Shown here piece after piece: positions 1-10,673 of a DNA stretch of 36,848 bases. Location of the stretch: assembly GCA_945869245.1 (NCBI GenBank), contig CAMBOY010000001.1:1-36848 (forward strand). Reading direction: 5' to 3'. Position 1 is the first letter of the stretch. Every line of letters begins with the position of its first letter. The DNA is from Hydrogenophaga intermedia (GTDB lineage: Bacteria > Pseudomonadota > Gammaproteobacteria > Burkholderiales > Burkholderiaceae_C). A program made the translations under genes and the position numbers. The notes beneath the pieces are model-generated. The model was not told where the DNA came from. It made no database searches and was given only the letters and a program-made list of their open reading frames with translations.

Positions 1-790
1 CGTCCAGCGCGCGCCGGGTCTGCAGCGTCAGTGCCCGAAAAGCCCGCCGCCGGTTGTCGAAGGCCTGGTATTCGGCGCGCACCGCTTCATCGGCCTGGGC
101 CAGCCAGCGTTCGCCACCCAGTTCTTCCACGGCCGTGGCGAAGGATTCGTTGAACGCGGTGTCGTCGGCGATGTAGACCAGTTGGTGGCTCAGTTCGTGA
201 AACATCAGGCGCGCCAGTTCGCCGTCGGGGTAGCCCAGAAAGGTCGACAGCAGCGGGTCGCCACCCAGCCAGTTGAGCCAGCCCAGGGTGGAGTAAGCGG
301 GCACGGGCAGCACAGCGGTCTCCAGCGGTGGGTCGCTGGTCTCGCGCAGTTGCTGTGCAAACGCGCGCGCCTGGGCCTCGTCGTAATAACCTCGATAGCC
401 GGCGCAGCCCACCACCAGATAACACCAGGTGTGCAGCTTGAGCGACAGTTCGGGCGCCGCCACCACGTTCCAGACCACCGCGCGGCGCTGTAGGTCGGCG
501 TAGCGGGTGTAACTGGCATTCTGGGGCAGGGCCAGTTCTTCGCTGGCGAAGCGGCGAATCTGCTGGGCGCTCTTGAGCTTGGTCTTGAGTCGCTCGGACA
601 CGGCGGGGTCGGCCAGCCAGTCGTCCACCGGGCGGGCTGCCTGCAGCACGCCCATATGGCCGCGCACCGACTGCCAGTAATAGCCCAGGCCGGTGTCGGT
701 GCTGGCGCAGCCCGACAGGCCTATCAGTGTCAAAGCCCCGGCCACTAAGGCCAGCAGCCTGCGCCGCAGCGGGACGTACCAAGCCGCCAT
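1..790 (-). CDS. Putative zinc aminopeptidase lipoprotein (Aminopep-like), 3' end runs off the window
   Basis: Not in the ORF track; translated manually. ATG at 790 overlaps the upstream TGA (TGATG). Sequence MAAWYVPLRRRLLALVAGALTLIGLSGC (lipobox) GYYWQSVRGH, later ELARLMFHELSHQLVYIADDTAFNESFA (HExxH plus distal E). Confidence 0.85.
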   Translation of the reverse strand, partial: MAAWYVPLRRRLLALVAGALTLIGLSGCASTDTGLGYYWQSVRGHMGVLQAARPVDDWLADPAVSERLKTKLKSAQQIRRFASEELALPQNASYTRYADLQRRAVVWNVVAAPELSLKLHTWCYLVVGCAGYRGYYDEAQARAFAQQLRETSDPPLETAVLPVPAYSTLGWLNWLGGDPLLSTFLGYPDGELARLMFHELSHQLVYIADDTAFNESFATAVEELGGERWLAQADEAVRAEYQAFDNRRRAFRALTLQTRRALD

Positions 791-2847
791 CAGGCCGGCT
801 CCACCTGCACCAGGCAGTCGTAGAACACGGGCGCACGGCCCATGTCGGTGAGCTGCTGGCTGGTGAGTTCATTCACATTGGTGCCGCGCACACCGAGCTT
901 GCGCCACCAAATGCCCAGGCCGTTGACCACGCCAGGCCGGGCGCGGCGGCTCACATGCGCCGCGCAGTGGTAGCTGCCCCGGTCGTTGAACACCCGCACC
1001 AGTGTCTGGTCGGCAATGCCGCGTACTGACGCGTCGTCGGGGTGGATTTCGAGCAGCGGCTCCCCCTCGATGTCGCGCAGGCTCTGCACATTCACAAACG
1101 TCGAGTTGAGAAAATTGCGCGCTGGCGGCGAAATCATCGCGAGCGGGTAGCGGCTGTCGCTGCCCGCCAGTTCGTAATTGGGCACATGGTCGGGCAGGCC
1201 GTCTTGTCCTTGGTCGGCCAGTCGCTGGCTGAAAAATTCGCAGCGGCCCGACGGTGTGGGAAAGCCGCCATCGGCAAACGGCGCATCGGGCACGTCCAAG
1301 TGGGCAAAGCCCTGGGTCAGCAGGGTGTCGAAATCCACCCGGTCGCCAAAGGCGGTGCGGCACAGGGTCAGGTCGTCGTCGTTGAAACAGGGCTCGGTAA
1401 AGCCCATGTGCGCGGCCAGCGCGCGGAAGATGTCGGTGTTGCTGCGCGAGTCGCCCACCGGCGCAATCGCCGGTCGGTTCAGCAACACATCGGTGTGGCC
1501 GTAGCTGCTGTGAATGTCCCAGTGCTCGAGCTGGGTGGTGGCTGGCAACACGATGTCGGCGTAATCGGCGGTGTCGGTCATGAAATGCTCCAACACCACG
1601 GTGAACAGGTCCTCGCGGGCAAAGCCGCGCACCACCTCGCCCGACTGCGGGGCCACCGCCACCGGGTTGCTGTTGTAGACCACCAGCGCTTCAATCTGCG
1701 GCCCAAAGTCGGCTGAGGTGTCGGCCAGCAGCGCCTGGCCAATGGTGCTCATATTGATGGTGCGCGGGCGGCGCTCGCCCAGCAGATCGGGGCGGTGCAG
1801 GGCCGCGCGCTGAATCGGGAATTCGCCCGACGACGACATCAGCAGCCCGCCGGCGCGGTGCCGCCAGGCGCCCACCAGCGCGGGCAAACAAGCCACGGCA
1901 CGCACCGCATTGCCGCCACCGCGCACCCGTTGCATGCCGTAGTTCAGGCGAATGGCCGCCGGCTGGGTGGTGCCATAGGCGCGCGCCAAGTCGACGATCT
2001 GTTGCACCGGGAGGCCACAGACCTCGGCGGCGCGCTCGGGTGGCCACTGCAGGGCGCGCTCGCGCAGCGCGTCCCAGCCCAGGGTGTGGCGCGCAATGTA
2101 GTCGTGGTCCAGCCAATCGTGGGTGATGAGCTGGTGCATCAGCGCCAAGGCGAGAGCCGCGTCGGTGCCCGGGCGCAGCGCCAGGTGTTCATGGCATTTG
2201 TCGGCGGTTTCGCTCTTGCGCGGGTCGATGCACACCAGCCGCGCGCCTCGGCGTTTGGCCTCTTGGGCGATGCGCCAGAAATGCAGGTTGCTGCCAATCG
2301 CGTTGCTGCCCCAGATAACGATGAGTTGCGACTCGGCAAAGTGCTGCACCCGCATGCCCAGCTTGCCGCCCAGCGTTTGGGTCAGTGCTTCGGCCCCGGC
2401 CGATGCGCAAATGGTGCGGTCCAGCAAGGAGGCGCCCAGGCGGTGAAAAAACCGCGCCGCCATGCCTTCGCCCTGCACCAAACCCATGGTGCCCGCATAG
2501 CTGTAGGGGACGATGGCCTGCGGGTCGCGCGCCGCGATGGCGCCCAGGCGCTCGGCGATGGTGGTGAGCGCTTCGTCCCAGCCGATGGGGGCGAACTGGC
2601 CGCTGCCCTTGGGGCCTACGCGCTTCAGGGGCTGCAGCAGCCGGTCCGGATGGTGGGTGCGTTCGGCGTATTTGGCCACCTTGGCGCAGAGCACACCGTC
2701 GGTCAGCGGGTGGGCCGGGTTGCCTTGCACCTTGACCGCTCGCCCGTCCTGCACGGTGGTGACCAGGGCGCAGGTGTCTGGGCAGTCGTGGGGGCAGGCG
2801 CCCAATACGATGGCGTCGCTCTGCAGGGGTTTATCGGGGGGCGTCAT
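790..2847 (-). CDS. Molybdopterin (bis-MGD) oxidoreductase family protein with N-terminal Fe-S motif
   Basis: N-terminal CPHDCPDTC...GVLCAK Fe-S motif, RLLQPLKRVG...WDEAL, TDTADYADIVLPA, and a C-terminal molybdopterin-dinucleotide binding domain (LEIHPDDA...NELTSQ..TDMG). Confidence 0.9.
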   Translation of the reverse strand: MTPPDKPLQSDAIVLGACPHDCPDTCALVTTVQDGRAVKVQGNPAHPLTDGVLCAKVAKYAERTHHPDRLLQPLKRVGPKGSGQFAPIGWDEALTTIAERLGAIAARDPQAIVPYSYAGTMGLVQGEGMAARFFHRLGASLLDRTICASAGAEALTQTLGGKLGMRVQHFAESQLIVIWGSNAIGSNLHFWRIAQEAKRRGARLVCIDPRKSETADKCHEHLALRPGTDAALALALMHQLITHDWLDHDYIARHTLGWDALRERALQWPPERAAEVCGLPVQQIVDLARAYGTTQPAAIRLNYGMQRVRGGGNAVRAVACLPALVGAWRHRAGGLLMSSSGEFPIQRAALHRPDLLGERRPRTINMSTIGQALLADTSADFGPQIEALVVYNSNPVAVAPQSGEVVRGFAREDLFTVVLEHFMTDTADYADIVLPATTQLEHWDIHSSYGHTDVLLNRPAIAPVGDSRSNTDIFRALAAHMGFTEPCFNDDDLTLCRTAFGDRVDFDTLLTQGFAHLDVPDAPFADGGFPTPSGRCEFFSQRLADQGQDGLPDHVPNYELAGSDSRYPLAMISPPARNFLNSTFVNVQSLRDIEGEPLLEIHPDDASVRGIADQTLVRVFNDRGSYHCAAHVSRRARPGVVNGLGIWWRKLGVRGTNVNELTSQQLTDMGRAPVFYDCLVQVEPA

Positions 2848-2932
2848 ATACGAGAATTAGGTTAATCTCAGTGTGCTGCATGTAGTCCTTGTAACTACCT
2901 GCTGGCAAATCAGAATAACAGGAGTTTCGTCT

Positions 2933-4069
2933 ATGCAAAGACGTCGTTGTTTGTCCCTGTTGCCAGGGACATTGGCCGCTGCGTGGCCTGTTCTCGGTAC
3001 AGCACAAACGGCTGCGCCCGACGCGCGGATTGTGCTGGGGCAATCGGCGCCTTTCAGCGGTCCGGCGGCCCAACTTGGTGTGCAGTTTCACTTGGGTGCC
3101 CAGCTGGTGTTTGAGGCGCTCAACGAGCGTGGTGGCATCAACGGCCGGCGCATCGAGCTGCGGCGCTTGGACGATGGCTACGAGCCCGAGCGCTGCGCGG
3201 CCAATACCCGGCAGTTTCTGCGCGACGAGGTGTTCGCGCTGTTTGGCTATGTGGGCACGCCCACCAGCCTGGCGGCGCTGCCCCTGGCCACCGAAGCCAA
3301 GACCCCGTTTTTGGCGCCTTTCACCGGCGCCCAGGCCTTGCGCGAGCCCTTTAACCGCTATGCGGTGCATGTGCGGGCCTCGTACAACGACGAAACCGCT
3401 GCCATCGTGCGCCAGCTCACCGGCATTGGTATCCGCCGCATTGCTGTGTTTCACCAGAACGACAGCTACGGCCAAGCCGGTCTGAGCGGGGTGCAACTGG
3501 CCATGAAGCCGCTCAACCTAGAGCCTGTGGCCACCGGCACGGTGGAGCGCAACAGCACCGACGTGGCGGCGGCGGTGCAAAGCATCATGGCCGCGCGCCC
3601 CGAAGCGGTTGTGCAAATCAGCGCCTACAAGTCGTGCGCCACCTTCATTCGCCAAGCCCGCCAAGCCGGTTTTGTGGGCAACTTCTACAACGTTTCTTTT
3701 GTGGGTACCCAGGCCCTCATGGACGAACTTGGGGCCATGGCCAAGGGCGTGGTCATCAGCCAGGTCATGCCCTTCCCGTATGCGCCCGTGACGCCGATTG
3801 CGGCCGATTTTTTGGCCGCAATCAAGGGCCGCTCGGGCATGCAGCCTAATTATTCGGCGATGGAAGGTTTTGTCGCCGCGCGCGTGTTGGTGGAAGCTCT
3901 GCGCCGCGCGGGCAACACCCCCACCCGAGAGGGATTGATCGCCGCCATCCAAGGCATGCGCGATGTGCAGCTGGGGGGTTTTGCGGTCGACTTCGGACCA
4001 CGCAAAAACACCGGATCGCGCTTTGTCGAGCTGACCTTGCTGACCGAAAACGGGCGCGTGCGCCGCTGA
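2933..4069 (+). CDS. Branched-chain amino acid-type ABC transporter substrate-binding protein
   Basis: RBS aggag before ATG 2933, signal peptide, IVLGQSAPFSGPAAQLG...NERGGINGRRIEL..LDDGYEP typical of LivJ/K-like periplasmic binding proteins. Confidence 0.88.
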   Translation: MQRRRCLSLLPGTLAAAWPVLGTAQTAAPDARIVLGQSAPFSGPAAQLGVQFHLGAQLVFEALNERGGINGRRIELRRLDDGYEPERCAANTRQFLRDEVFALFGYVGTPTSLAALPLATEAKTPFLAPFTGAQALREPFNRYAVHVRASYNDETAAIVRQLTGIGIRRIAVFHQNDSYGQAGLSGVQLAMKPLNLEPVATGTVERNSTDVAAAVQSIMAARPEAVVQISAYKSCATFIRQARQAGFVGNFYNVSFVGTQALMDELGAMAKGVVISQVMPFPYAPVTPIAADFLAAIKGRSGMQPNYSAMEGFVAARVLVEALRRAGNTPTREGLIAAIQGMRDVQLGGFAVDFGPRKNTGSRFVELTLLTENGRVRR

Positions 4070-4194
4070 TCGGCATCGGCGGCCATGTCCCGCTGGCGGC
4101 AGGGGTGGCGGCGGTGGTGTCTGACGCCGGGCTGACGCGGCGCTACCATTGGTGCAAACGCCCAGCCCTGTGGCCACAGTCCGGAGACCCCGCC

Positions 4195-5424
4195 ATGCAA
4201 CTCATCGACAGCATCACCACCCAAGCGGCCAGCATCAGCGCCTTGCGCCGCGACATCCACGCTCACCCCGAGCTGTGTTTTCAGGAAGTGCGCACCGCCG
4301 ATTTGGTGGCGGCCAAGCTCACCGAGTGGGGCATTCCCATGCACCGCGGGCTGGGCACCACCGGGGTGGTGGGCATTGTGCACGGACGCGATGGCGGCGC
4401 CTGTGGCCATGCGGTGGGGCTGCGTGCCGACATGGACGCGCTGCCCATGACCGAACTCAACACCTTTGACCACACCAGCCAACACCCCGGCAAGATGCAC
4501 GCTTGTGGCCACGACGGCCACACCGCCATGTTGCTGGCCGCAGCCCAGCATTTCGCCCAGCACCGCGACTTTGACGGCACCGTGTACCTGATTTTTCAGC
4601 CGGCCGAGGAAGGCGGCGGTGGCGCCCGCGAAATGATCAAAGAAGGCCTGTTCGAGCAGTTCCCGATGCAGGCGGTGTTTGGCATGCACAACTGGCCTGG
4701 CACACCGGTCGGCACGTTTTCGGTCAGCCCGGGACCGGTCATGGCGTCGAGCAATGAGTTTCACATCACCATCACCGGCAAGGGCGGGCACGCCGCGCTG
4801 CCCCACACCACGGTCGACCCGGTGCCGGTGGCCTGCCAGATGGTGCAAGCCTTTCAGACCATCATCACCCGCAACAAAAAGCCGGTGGACGCCGGTGTCA
4901 TCAGCGTGACCATGATTCACACCGGCGAGGCCACCAATGTGGTGCCCGACAGCTGCGTTATTCAGGGCACGGTGCGCACCTTTACCTACGAAGTGCTCGA
5001 CCTGATCGAGCAACGCATGCGCGACATCGCCGAGCACACCGCGCTGGCCTTTGGTTGCCGCTGCGACTTTGAATTCCGCCGCAACTACCCGCCCACCATC
5101 AACACCGCGCCCGAAGCCGCCTTTGCGCGCAGCGTCATGGCCGACATCGTGGGCGAGGCGCAAGTGCTGCGCCAAGAGCCCACCATGGGGGCCGAAGACT
5201 TTGCCTACATGCTGCAGGCCAAGCCCGGCGCTTATGTGTTCATCGGCAATGGCGACGGCGCGCACCGCGCCGACTACGAGGGCGGTGGCCACGACGCCGG
5301 CCCGTGTGTGCTGCACAACCCGCACTACGATTTCAACGACGACTTGATTCCGCTCGGCGCAACCTACTGGGTGCAGCTGGCGCAGCGCTGGCTGGCACAG
5401 GCCGCATCCAAGGCGGCCGCATGA
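4195..5424 (+). CDS. M20 family amidohydrolase (hippurate hydrolase-like)
   Basis: RRDIHAHPEL, LRADMDALP, MHACGHDGH, FQPAEEGGGGA, MGAEDF, LHNPHYDFND motifs; RBS ggag before ATG 4195. Confidence 0.92.
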   Translation: MQLIDSITTQAASISALRRDIHAHPELCFQEVRTADLVAAKLTEWGIPMHRGLGTTGVVGIVHGRDGGACGHAVGLRADMDALPMTELNTFDHTSQHPGKMHACGHDGHTAMLLAAAQHFAQHRDFDGTVYLIFQPAEEGGGGAREMIKEGLFEQFPMQAVFGMHNWPGTPVGTFSVSPGPVMASSNEFHITITGKGGHAALPHTTVDPVPVACQMVQAFQTIITRNKKPVDAGVISVTMIHTGEATNVVPDSCVIQGTVRTFTYEVLDLIEQRMRDIAEHTALAFGCRCDFEFRRNYPPTINTAPEAAFARSVMADIVGEAQVLRQEPTMGAEDFAYMLQAKPGAYVFIGNGDGAHRADYEGGGHDAGPCVLHNPHYDFNDDLIPLGATYWVQLAQRWLAQAASKAAA

Positions 5425-6521
5425 TCGGCGTCAACCAAGCGTTCAGCGCATCCTACGCCCGGGCGCGTATCCAGTTTCTCGAAGCCGCAGCGGCCGCTGG
5501 TGCCGCGATCCAGAGCCACGCGGTGGGCTTGCCCGGGCGCGACGGCGAAACCCTGGCCATGGACGTGGCGCGCGACGGTCCGGCCGACGCCGAGCGCCTG
5601 TTGATTGTCAGCAGCGCCTGCCATGGCGCCGAAGGCTATTGCGGCTCGGGTGTGCAGGTGTTTGCCCTGCACGACGCCGACTGGCGCGCCCAGGCGCGCG
5701 ATGCCGGCGTGGCGGTGCTCTACATCCACGCCCTCAATCCGCATGGCTTTTCCTGGGGCCGGCGGGTGACGCAGGAAAACGTCGACCTCAACCGCAATTT
5801 CCGCGATTTCTCGCAGCCACTGGCGGTCAACGCCACCTATGGCGAATTGCACCCGTTGCTGCTGCCCGCGCAGTGGCCGCCCAGCGCTGAGAACGAAGCT
5901 GCGATTGCCGCCTGGATCGAGCGCCACGGCATGCGGGCTTACCAGACTGCGGTGTCGCAAGGCCAGTGCAGCCACCCCGACGGCATGTTTTTTGGTGGTC
6001 ACGGGCCGACCTGGAGCAACCACACCTTGCGCGCCGTGTTGCGCGAACACGGACGCGCGGCGCGCCAGGTGGCCTGGATCGACCTGCACACCGGCCTAGG
6101 CGAATGCGGTCTGGGCGAGCGCATCTGGGCCGGCAGCGACGACGCCGAAGCCATCGCCCGCGCGCGGCGCTGGTGGGACGGTGGCGGCGCCACACCGGTT
6201 ACCTCGATCTACGACGGCAGCTCCACCTCGGCCCTGCTCACGGGCTTGATGTGGGGGGCCATCCACGACGAATGCCCGCAGGCCAGCTACACCGGCATTG
6301 CCATGGAGTACGGTACCGTGTCTCTGGAGCAAGTGATCAACTGCCTGCGTGCCGACCACTGGTTGCACCGGCACCCCGAGGCCGATGCGGCACTGGCTCA
6401 GACCATCAAGGCCGAACTCAAAGCCGCTTTTTATGTCGATACCGACGCCTGGCGCGGTCAGATCGTCGCGCAAGCGCGCCAGTCCATGTTCCAGGCGGTG
6501 CAGGGCCTGAGCCAGCGTTGA
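5421..6521 (+). CDS. M14-like zinc metallopeptidase / DUF2817-type protein
   Basis: ATGA overlap with the upstream gene; SACHGAEG (HxxE), HALNPHGF..RRV..ENVDLNRNF and DLHTGLG motifs. Confidence 0.8.
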   Translation: MIGVNQAFSASYARARIQFLEAAAAAGAAIQSHAVGLPGRDGETLAMDVARDGPADAERLLIVSSACHGAEGYCGSGVQVFALHDADWRAQARDAGVAVLYIHALNPHGFSWGRRVTQENVDLNRNFRDFSQPLAVNATYGELHPLLLPAQWPPSAENEAAIAAWIERHGMRAYQTAVSQGQCSHPDGMFFGGHGPTWSNHTLRAVLREHGRAARQVAWIDLHTGLGECGLGERIWAGSDDAEAIARARRWWDGGGATPVTSIYDGSSTSALLTGLMWGAIHDECPQASYTGIAMEYGTVSLEQVINCLRADHWLHRHPEADAALAQTIKAELKAAFYVDTDAWRGQIVAQARQSMFQAVQGLSQR

Positions 6522-6551
6522 CCGACGCGGGTGGCGAACCCGCTTTGGCCG

Positions 6552-8366
6552 TCAATCGGCTTGGCTTTGCTGCAGCGCCCACATCTCGGCGTACACCCCG
6601 CCCATGGCCAGCAGCGCCGCGTGGGTGCCGCGCTCGACCACCACACCGTGGCGCAGCACCACAATCTCGTGCGCGTCCACCACGGTAGACAAGCGGTGCG
6701 CGATCACCAGCGTGGTTTTGTTCTGCGCCACGGCGCGCAGCTCGGTCTGAATGGCGCGCTCATTGGCCGAATCGAGCGCTGAGGTGGCCTCATCAAAAAT
6801 CAGCACCGGCGGGTCTTTCAGCAGGGTGCGGGCAATCGCCACGCGCTGCTTCTCGCCGCCGGATAGCTTGAGCCCGCGCTCGCCCACCACCGTGTCGTAG
6901 CCCTGTGGCAGGCTGGCGATGAAGTGGTGGATGTGGGCGGCCTGTGCGGCGCGCTCCATCTCGGCCTGACTGGCGTCGGGTCGGCCATAGCGGATGTTGT
7001 AGCCGATGGTGTCGTTGAAGAGCACGGTGTCTTGCGGCACGATGCCAATCGCCTGGCGCAGGCTGCCCTGGGTGACCTCGCTGATGTCTTGCCCATCGAT
7101 GGTGATCTGGCCAGAGCCACGGTCCACGTCATAAAACCGGTACAGCAAGCGCGCCAGCGTCGACTTGCCCGAGCCCGATGGTCCCACCACCGCCACCGTT
7201 TGCCCGGCCGGAATGCGCAGGCTCACGCCGTGCAAAATGGGGCGGTTGCTCTCGTAGGCAAAACGCACATCGTCAAACACCACCTCGGGCGCAGCGCCCA
7301 GCTGCAGCGCCTGCGCGCCCGGGGCGTCCGCGATCTCGCGCTCCTTCTCGAGCAGCGTGAACATGCGGTCCAGGTCGGTCAGGCTTTGCTTGATCTCACG
7401 GTAGAGCACGCCCAGAAAATTCAGCGGAATGTAGAGCTGGATCATGAAGGCGTTGACCATCACCAAATCGCCCAGCGTCAGGCTGCCATCGGCCACGCCC
7501 TGGGTAGCGCGCCAGAGCATCAGCACCAAGGCGGTGGCGATGATGAGCTGCTGTCCGCCGTTGAGCAGCGAGAGCGTGAATTGGGTCTTGATGCGTATGC
7601 GGCGCAGTTTTTCCAGCGCCTCGTCGTAGCGGCGGGTTTCAAACGCCTCGTTGTTGAAGTACTTGACGGTTTCGTAATTGAGCAGCGAATCCATGGCGCG
7701 GCTTTGGCTGCTCGATTCCAGCTCGTTCATGCGGCGGCGAAACTGGGTGCGCCATTCGGTCACGCTCACGGTGAACACCACGTACAGCACCAGCGCCACC
7801 AGCGTGATCCAGACATAACCCATGTCGAACTGGCTGCCCAGCAGCGCCAGCACCAGCGCCACCTCAATCAGGGTGGGGAAGATGCTGTAGAGCGAATACG
7901 AAATCAGCGACTGCACTGCGCGGGTGCCGCGCTCGATGTCGCGCGTCATGCCACCGGTCTGGCGCTCCAGGTGAAAACGCAGCGACAGCGCATGCAAGTG
8001 GCCAAACACCTCCAGCGCGATTTGTCGGGTGGCGCCTTCGGTGGCCTTGGCAAAGATCAGTTCGCGCAGTTCGGTGAACAGCGAGGTGCAAAAACGCAGC
8101 GCGCCATAGGCCACGATCAGGCCCACCGGCACCACCAGCAGGGCGGTTGCGCTGCCCGCAGCGATGTTCATGCTGTCGACCAGCTGTTTGAGCAGCAGCG
8201 GCACACTCACCGTGGCCAGCTTGGCCGCCACCATGAACGCCAGCGCCGCCGCCACCCGCCATTTGTACTGCCACAGATAAGGCAGCAGGCGCGAGAGCAC
8301 TACCCAGTCCGAGCGATCGCGTGTGGTGTGCGTGGTGGGTGGCAAAGCGGAAGCGGCAGGGCGCAT
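6552..8366 (-). CDS. ATM1/HMT1-like ABC exporter (fused permease and ATPase)
   Basis: FHLERQTGG..RDIERG, DSLLNYETVKYF, Walker A GPSGSGKST, signature LSGGEKQR, DEATSALD. Start may be 8366 or 8375. Confidence 0.92.
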   Translation of the reverse strand: MRPAASALPPTTHTTRDRSDWVVLSRLLPYLWQYKWRVAAALAFMVAAKLATVSVPLLLKQLVDSMNIAAGSATALLVVPVGLIVAYGALRFCTSLFTELRELIFAKATEGATRQIALEVFGHLHALSLRFHLERQTGGMTRDIERGTRAVQSLISYSLYSIFPTLIEVALVLALLGSQFDMGYVWITLVALVLYVVFTVSVTEWRTQFRRRMNELESSSQSRAMDSLLNYETVKYFNNEAFETRRYDEALEKLRRIRIKTQFTLSLLNGGQQLIIATALVLMLWRATQGVADGSLTLGDLVMVNAFMIQLYIPLNFLGVLYREIKQSLTDLDRMFTLLEKEREIADAPGAQALQLGAAPEVVFDDVRFAYESNRPILHGVSLRIPAGQTVAVVGPSGSGKSTLARLLYRFYDVDRGSGQITIDGQDISEVTQGSLRQAIGIVPQDTVLFNDTIGYNIRYGRPDASQAEMERAAQAAHIHHFIASLPQGYDTVVGERGLKLSGGEKQRVAIARTLLKDPPVLIFDEATSALDSANERAIQTELRAVAQNKTTLVIAHRLSTVVDAHEIVVLRHGVVVERGTHAALLAMGGVYAEMWALQQSQAD

Positions 8367-8407
8367 GGGGGACAATCCGGGTGAACAAACCTCGGAATTG
8401 TGCGCCC

Positions 8408-8845
8408 ATGTCCCAGACCCCCGTGTCCCCCGTGCCCCAAACCCCGTCGTACTGGCCCGAGGGCCTGTCCACCGACCGTGTGCTGGTGATGAAGGTCATT
8501 CCCATGCCGGCCGACTGCAACGCCAACGGCGACATCTTTGGCGGCTGGGTCATGGCCCAGGTGGACTTGGCCGGTTCGGTGCTGCCGGCGCGGTATGTGC
8601 AGGGCCGCATGGCCACGGTCGCGGTCAACGAGTTCATCTTCAAGCAGCCGGTGCGGGTCGGTGACATTCTGAGCTTTTTTGCCCACGTCAGCCGCATCGG
8701 CAACACCTCGATCACGGTGCAGGTGGAGGTGTACGCCGAGCGCTACCGGCAACAGGGCCAGTTCATGAAGGTCACCGACGCGAGTCTGACCTATGTGGCC
8801 ATCGACGACAGCGGGCGGCCCAGGCCGATTCTCAAGGCAGACTGA
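8408..8845 (+). CDS. Acyl-CoA thioesterase (YciA-like hotdog fold)
   Basis: PMPADCNANGDIFGGWVMAQVDLAG, ATVAVNEFIFKQPVRVGD, TYVAIDDSGRPR. Confidence 0.9.
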   Translation: MSQTPVSPVPQTPSYWPEGLSTDRVLVMKVIPMPADCNANGDIFGGWVMAQVDLAGSVLPARYVQGRMATVAVNEFIFKQPVRVGDILSFFAHVSRIGNTSITVQVEVYAERYRQQGQFMKVTDASLTYVAIDDSGRPRPILKAD

Positions 8846-8849
8846 GCGT

Positions 8850-9596
8850 TCAGTGCCAGTGCCGCCGCCACGCGGTGTAGATGCGATCGGCCAGCGCCTC
8901 GCTGGCGCGCTGGTGTTGGGCGGTGGCGGCGCGCATGGTCGCAGGCGCCTGCACCGTGCGCACACCGGCCTGCAGAGTTTGCGGGTACACCGTGCCGGGC
9001 TGCTGCAGCCAGGCCTCGATTTTCTCGGGCGTGATTTCAATGTGAAACTGCATCGCCAGGTGCGGCCCCAACGCAAACGCCTGGTGGGCGCAGGCGCCTG
9101 AACTGGCCAGCAGCGTGGCGCCAGCGGGCAGGGCGGTGAAGCTGTCGTAGTGCCACTGGTACACCACCGCGTGCGGCTCGGCGCCCAGCCAGTTGGTAGC
9201 CTGCGGGCTGCCGGTGTGCTGCAGCGCCAGCCAACCGATTTCGGGCTCGGGCAAGCGCGTCACCTGGCCACCCAGGGCGCGCGCCATCAACTGCCCGCCC
9301 AGGCAGTGGCCGATCACCGGCACATCCAGCGCCACCGCTTCGCGGATCAGGGCTTCGGCATGTCGCAGGCTGGCGCGCTCGTCGTTGGCGCTCCATTCGC
9401 CGCCCAGTACCGCCAGCGCCCGGTAGCCGCGCACGCTGGCCGGATAGGCGTTGCCCGCCTCCGCGCAGGGGCAGTGCCAGCGCAGGCCCTGGCGGTCCAG
9501 CCAGGTGCCCAGATAGGCGGGGGTGTCTTCGGTGGTGTGCTGCAGCACCAGCACATCGGCGGCTTCGTTCGGCGGGGTGGGCATGGTGCGCATCAT
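8850..9596 (-). CDS. Type 1 glutamine amidotransferase-like protein
   Basis: VLGG..SAND, nucleophile elbow GHCLGGQL, EIGW, QWHYD, QFHIE (Cys-His-Glu triad). Start uncertain (9596, 9593 or 9584). Confidence 0.85.
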   Translation of the reverse strand: MMRTMPTPPNEAADVLVLQHTTEDTPAYLGTWLDRQGLRWHCPCAEAGNAYPASVRGYRALAVLGGEWSANDERASLRHAEALIREAVALDVPVIGHCLGGQLMARALGGQVTRLPEPEIGWLALQHTGSPQATNWLGAEPHAVVYQWHYDSFTALPAGATLLASSGACAHQAFALGPHLAMQFHIEITPEKIEAWLQQPGTVYPQTLQAGVRTVQAPATMRAATAQHQRASEALADRIYTAWRRHWH

Positions 9597-9797
9597 AGGC
9601 AGCGCCGACAGGCTGCCCAGCGGCAGGTCCCATTGGGCGTTGGCATCCAGAGAGGTCTGGTGCAGCTGCGGTCGTTGGCACGTCGGCGACTCGCTATCGG
9701 GTCAACCCTAGCGTCAGTTTCGCGCAAGCGCCGATATAACCGGAGCACCTCAGCGGCGCTCGACACATCCGCGCCGCCACCACCAGGAGACCACCGC

Positions 9798-10673
9798 GTG
9801 CAATTGCTGCAACTGCTCATCAGCGGCATCGCCCAGGGCTGTATTTATGGCCTGATTGCTCTGGGCTTTGTGTTGATTTACAAGGCCACAGAGACCGTCA
9901 GCTTTGCCCAAGGCGACCTGATGATGGTGGGCGCCTTCGGTGGCTTGGCGGCCATGACCGCGCTGGGCTTTCCGTTTTGGCTGTCGGTGCCATCGGCCAT
10001 TGTGGCCATGGGCCTGTTTGGTGTGTTGCTGGAACGGGTGGTGATCCGTCCCATCCTCGGTCAGCCGGCGTTTTCCATCGTCATGCTCACCATCGGCGTG
10101 GGTTATGTGCTGCGCGGTCTGATCACCATGATTCCCGACATCGGCACCGATACCCACACCCTGCCGGTGCCCTACGCGGGTCAGGTGTTCCATCTTGGCG
10201 CTTTGGTGATGTCGGCCGAACAACTGGTGGTCATTGGCGCCACTGCGCTGTTGTGTGGCGTGCTGTTTGTGTTGTTCAAGTACAGCAAGCTTGGCATTGC
10301 CATGCAGGCCTCGTCGCAAAACCAGTTGGCCGCTTATTACATGGGCATTCCGGTCAAGCGACTCAACGGCTTGGTGTGGGGCTTGGCCGCTGCCGTGGCG
10401 GCGGTGGCCGGCTTGCTGCTCGCGCCCATTACTTTTGTGCACGCCAACATGGGCTTTATTGGGCTCAAGGCCTTTCCGGCCGCGGTGGTGGGTGGCTTTG
10501 GCAGTTTGCCGGGCGCCATCGTGGGCGGTTTGATCATCGGCATTGTCGAAGCGCTCTCGGGCTTTTATTTGCCAGAAGGCTTCAAGGACATTGCGCCCTA
10601 CATCGTGGTGCTGCTGATGTTGGTGCTCAAACCCAATGGCCTGTTCGGCGAACAACTCAGGAAAAAGGTATGA
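9798..10673 (+). CDS. Branched-chain amino acid-type ABC transporter permease (LivH-like)
   Basis: RBS aggag then GTG 9798; QLLISGIAQGCIYGLIALGFVLIY, FAQGDL, KAFPAAVVGGFGSLPGA. Confidence 0.9.
   Translation: MQLLQLLISGIAQGCIYGLIALGFVLIYKATETVSFAQGDLMMVGAFGGLAAMTALGFPFWLSVPSAIVAMGLFGVLLERVVIRPILGQPAFSIVMLTIGVGYVLRGLITMIPDIGTDTHTLPVPYAGQVFHLGALVMSAEQLVVIGATALLCGVLFVLFKYSKLGIAMQASSQNQLAAYYMGIPVKRLNGLVWGLAAAVAAVAGLLLAPITFVHANMGFIGLKAFPAAVVGGFGSLPGAIVGGLIIGIVEALSGFYLPEGFKDIAPYIVVLLMLVLKPNGLFGEQLRKKV

Noticed and set aside
87-872. 261-aa minus-strand ORF from the track
   Set aside because: Wrong frame; the real gene starts at 790 in another frame, with a lipobox and HExxH motif, and runs off the window.
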